A DNA stretch of 64,000 bases from an uncultured cyanobacterium. GTDB taxonomy: Bacteria; Cyanobacteriota; Cyanobacteriia; PCC-6307; Cyanobiaceae. The position numbers were made by a program, and so were the translations under genes. The stretch spans positions 635,216 through 699,215 of the forward strand of contig CAVXWZ010000002.1 in NCBI GenBank assembly GCA_963765575.1. Direction: 5' to 3'. This document shows positions 60,594-64,000 of the stretch, in pieces; the stretch's first letter is position 1; the number at the start of each line of letters is the position of its first letter. The notes below the pieces were generated by a model. That model was not told the DNA's origin and made no database searches. It saw nothing but the letters and a program-made list of their open reading frames with translations.

Positions 60594-61206
60594 ACCAAGG
60601 CTTTCTGATCCACGAAGCGTGCATATTGATCCGGTTTTCTGAGGGCTGAGTTTACTAGTCAGACTGAATCTGGATCATAGTAGCCCTCATGTTTCACTCT
60701 AGTATCCACCATGCCGTTGAAATATCTTTACCCTTTTGCGGCTTGATGGGTAATTCGCCATTTTCTTGCAATTGAAGTTAGTATCCAAGCCATTTAAACT
60801 TAGATTGGCGCTAGGCCTTGGGCTCATTCATCTGGTTTTCAAGTTAGTTGATCAACCGTAGTGCGACGGCCTCCATGCCAGCCATCACCCAAGCAATTGC
60901 TCTACCACTAGGGCTGTACTGTCTGGTCCTCATTTGTAGAGGCAAGAGACACGGCTTCTGCTCTCGCACGCCCTCGCCAAATTCTCTTGTCACTGAGAGT
61001 CTGTGAGACGACTAGGCCTAGTGATTACACCCCATGCATGGATATAAGCTAGTATAACTAGTTATCTGTGCAGGCTGGATCTGATAAGTCTGCCAACTCA
61101 ACTGAATATCAAATACTTACTTTCAGTGATAGGGCGTCCACAAGTCCCATGAGGCACCTCTTTGCATTGGGCGAACGGTTCGGAAGGGGCTGGGTGCTGT
61201 GCCTCA

Positions 61207-61415
61207 TCAACATCTGGCTGGCTTCCTCCACAAGAGGCCGGCGGTCCCACTCACTTTACCTGCTCCTCCCAGGCGGTGGCTGATCGGGATCAGCGTGAAA
61301 GCCTCCCGGAGCGTGTCATCGGCCTCCACCTGCGGCCCGACCAGTCGGTAAGCCACGGCGTATCCACCACGCAGGCAAGCAGCAGCAGCGAGAGGCGGAT
61401 GAGCGTGCGTTTCAA
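61207..61415 (-). pseudogene. Frameshifted DUF3955-like small membrane protein
   Basis: TTG-start MKRTLIRLSLLLLAC, then in another frame YAVAYRLVGPQVEADDTLREAFTLIPISHRLGG. Confidence 0.55.
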
Positions 61416-61457
61416 TGCCGCAGCTGCTGGCATGAACAAAATGTTGGCAAGCCAGGC

Positions 61458-62267
61458 TCAGGCGGCTAGAACCAGCAATGTAAATAAGCCACATCCGAAC
61501 AGGAACGAGCGGTAGCAGGTCTGGTTGGCGTCGGGTAATTCCCGTCTCAGCACATTGAGGATGATGCTGCCGGCAAGGAATGACCAGATCACGGCCAAGG
61601 CGGTGGCATCCACCTCGATCACAAGGCCCAGGGCTGTACCCAGAAGCACTGCGGCCGCCAGAATCCAGCGACCATAACATTGATACAGCACCGCAAAGTG
61701 CTCATGAAAAGACGTATCAATAATAAAGAAATGCAATCCAACCGCCATGAAAAACAACAGGCAACCAAGCACCGTGTGATGGCTGAGGTCTTGCAGCAGA
61801 TACCCGAAGATCACATTCAGAGCGGCGAATGCTACCAGGCGGATCCAGAAGATGGCCTGGGGCGGCGAGGAGACGCTGTAGTTATTGCTGCGCTGCGAAG
61901 TCCCCATGCGCCTACTTCTCATGATATCCAGTGAGTAGAAGGCCACCAGACCAGCCAGAGCCATCAGATAGATATGGTTCTCGATGAAGACCAGGGGTGT
62001 GCCGATCGCGTTCTGGTGGGCCTGATGTTCCGCGAGCTCCGGGAAGACCTCCATGAATACATAGGTGATCGACACTCCCCCGGCAAAGGAGGTCCAACGG
62101 AACAGGGGGATGATCTGAAAAAGGGGCAGCCTGGTGCCGATGATGTGCAGCAGTGCCAGAGCGCTGCCAAGCAGCACGGCTGGCAGCCAGGCCATGCCCT
62201 CATCACCGGTGGATGCCATCAGATGGGGGGCGGAAGCCATCCAATCGGTCATCGCTGATTGGTTCAT
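61458..62267 (-). CDS. Uncharacterised multi-pass membrane protein (ZIP-like fold suspected)
   Basis: About 7-8 hydrophobic segments; WTSFAGGVSITYVF..FPEL, GLHFFIID, FLAGSIILNVLRRELP; ATGA overlap with upstream gene. Confidence 0.75.
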   Translation of the reverse strand: MNQSAMTDWMASAPHLMASTGDEGMAWLPAVLLGSALALLHIIGTRLPLFQIIPLFRWTSFAGGVSITYVFMEVFPELAEHQAHQNAIGTPLVFIENHIYLMALAGLVAFYSLDIMRSRRMGTSQRSNNYSVSSPPQAIFWIRLVAFAALNVIFGYLLQDLSHHTVLGCLLFFMAVGLHFFIIDTSFHEHFAVLYQCYGRWILAAAVLLGTALGLVIEVDATALAVIWSFLAGSIILNVLRRELPDANQTCYRSFLFGCGLFTLLVLAA

Positions 62268-63025
62268 GCCCGATGTTCAGGATTGCCGCGCTCCTTGTGG
62301 CATCCCGCCTCCCACTGGGCAGGAACGTTGCCGTGGGCCGGCACGCCTCCCCCGTCTTTCAACAGGCGGGCCAGGTGCAGACAGTTCCAGGCAAGAACAA
62401 CGGTGTTCCGATTGGTGAAATCATTCTCAGGCCCACCCGAGCCCGGATCACGGTAGGAAGGCCCCGGACCGGCCTCGCCCACCCAGCCAGCATCCGCCTG
62501 GGGGGGGATCGTGTACCCGATATGCGAGAGCGAAAAGAGGATGTTCATGGCGCAATGCTTGATGCCATCTTCATTACCGGTGATCAACGTGGCTCCCACC
62601 TTGCCATAGTCGCGATACTGCCCCTTCTCGTTCACGAGGTGGGTATAGCCGTACATGCGCTCCAGCACCCGGTTGCACACGGAGGTCTTCTCCCCCAGCC
62701 ACACGGAGGTGCAGAGCAGCAGGATGTCGCATTGGTCGACCTTGGCCTGGATCTGGGGCCAGTCGTCGCGGTCCCATTCCGGCGTCTGGCTCATGTCGGT
62801 GCCGAGACCTGCGGCGAGGTCATAGTCGACAGGGCGGATCAGCTCATAGCTGACACTCACCGAATCGAACACATCACAAGCGATAGAGATCACCCCTTCA
62901 GTATGAGATAGAACGGGCGTGCGATTAAGGGTGCAATTAAGAATCAGCGCCTTCAGATCCGAATAACGAGCCGAAGTAGATTCGCCGAGACTGGCAATAA
63001 TCTTCGAACACTGTCTACTGGTCAT
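62264..63025 (-). CDS. Flavodoxin-like / NADPH-dependent FMN reductase family protein
   Basis: LILNCTL..SHT, DDWP, DILLLCTSVWLG, GKVG..ITGNEDG, GPGPSY. Confidence 0.85.
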   Translation of the reverse strand: MTSRQCSKIIASLGESTSARYSDLKALILNCTLNRTPVLSHTEGVISIACDVFDSVSVSYELIRPVDYDLAAGLGTDMSQTPEWDRDDWPQIQAKVDQCDILLLCTSVWLGEKTSVCNRVLERMYGYTHLVNEKGQYRDYGKVGATLITGNEDGIKHCAMNILFSLSHIGYTIPPQADAGWVGEAGPGPSYRDPGSGGPENDFTNRNTVVLAWNCLHLARLLKDGGGVPAHGNVPAQWEAGCHKERGNPEHRA

Positions 63026-63108
63026 TTCACCACGACTGCAAGAGTTTTACGCTACTTCAGGAGGGGCACTAAGGCGACCAGCCGCAGCGGAAGTTGATCA
63101 GTGGCATC

Positions 63109-63454
63109 TCAAGGCCGCAGCTGCTCCAGCATGGTTCGGGTGAGCGCCAGCTCACAGCGTGTCGTGACGATGCCGTAGCCCGTGCCCTGGAAGCTCACCG
63201 ACTTGGCATAAGCGCACACCTTGCGGCGTTCGGCGCGGAAGGCTTTCGCCTGCTCTTTCGGGTCGGCACTCGTTTGGTAAAAGCCGGTGAGGTTGTCGCG
63301 CCAGAGTGTCTGGAAGGTCTCGCTGGGCACCTGCCCGGCCTCGCTGGCCACACGTACCAGGGCCTTCTCCAGCTCCCGGTCCACGGCCTCGAGGGCTTCC
63401 ATCAAGCAGCGGGTCCAGGGTGGCCGCCAACAGCAGGGGGAGACAGGAGCGCAT
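63109..63454 (-). pseudogene. LprI/DUF1311-like secreted protein remnant
   Basis: Signal-like MRSCLPLLLAATL out of frame with RRKVCAYAKS..GTGYGI..RCELALT. Confidence 0.5.
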
Positions 63455-63585
63455 CGTGGGCCGTTTCGCCAGACAGAGGTTCATGCTGGATTCTGCTCCG
63501 GCGAGCCGCCGCCACTCTTCATCATGTCCAGCTTGTTCTCCCGCCACCTCCCGCTGGTGCTCGCCTGCATTCCCGGCGCCCCTAG

Positions 63586-64000
63586 AAGTTTGTTGCTCGT
63601 AGAGAATCGGTCCTCCGATCTCAGCGAGTTCGGGCTGGCTGACGCTGACGGCTCCGGGCTGTAGCTTTCTGCACCGAGCTTCATGGAAGTGGAGGTGATG
63701 CAGGAGCCCCTCATCCCGTCGCTTCCATCAGCATCTGCTGCTGTGATCGCCTGTGTCTGAACAGCTTCAGCAGGTTGTGCGTGGCAGCGATCAGGTGCCA
63801 TTCACCGTCGACCTTCTCCAGGCCCCGCAACAGAAAGCGCCGCAGGCCTCGGCCTTCCTTGATCTGGCCGTTAACCGGCTCCACGATCGCCTTGCGCTGG
63901 GCGTAGATCGCCGATCCCTTCTTGCTTCTGAGCTTGCGGGCCATGCGGGTTTTGGCATCGGCATCTCTGGGCAACGGCCCCCGTTTCGGCGGCAGTGGCT
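63586..64000 (-). mobile_element. IS1182-family element, right part (transposase C-terminus 63711 to beyond 64000)
   Basis: MARKLRSKKGSAIYAQRKAIVEPVNGQIKEGRGLRRFLLRGLEKVDGEW..ATHNLLK; CTAG at 63582-63585 is the likely target site. Confidence 0.85.

Larger units (their letters stand above)
51700..64000. mobile_element. tRNA-Gly-anchored accessory island (continues past window end)
   Basis: Core genes stop abruptly after the tRNA 3' end; GC becomes lower and variable; three IS remnants, an antitoxin and several pseudogenes follow. Confidence 0.85.

Noticed and set aside
60577..61061. CTAG cluster as a CRISPR-like or integron array
   Set aside because: Spacing is irregular (6-112 bp); no longer repeat, attC-like ends or integrase seen.

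Overview
High-GC picocyanobacterial (Cyanobium/Synechococcus-like) chromosomal window in two parts. Positions 1-51.7 kb are conserved core backbone: gyrB (partial), miaA, infC, plmA, tRNA-Gly(GCC), cysE, secA (split by a 1-bp insertion), rfbACDB, ribH, psbZ, mutS, cobH, holA, lysC, uvrB, tilS, rnj/dapA/asd, tig-clpP-clpX, dnaX, mgdA, rpmI-rplT, thiG, psb34, sqdB-sqdX, mrdA, guaA, cbiD and a class V aminotransferase. After tRNA-Gly(CCC) (51628-51699) an accessory island runs past the window end, with no integrase visible. It holds an orphan Phd/StbD antitoxin, a truncated IS5 cut by an IS3 end, an MscS channel, a rhodanese and several gene remnants (HypB, Kef-type antiporter, alpha/beta hydrolase, DUF3955, LprI). 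It also holds a flavodoxin/membrane-protein pair and an IS1182 end. The best candidate for an undescribed system is a lower-GC block with an intact CapV-like patatin phospholipase that has no neighbouring CD-NTase and lies beside a LysR regulator divergent from a YHS-domain gene. All family calls come from motif recognition by eye; no database searches were run.
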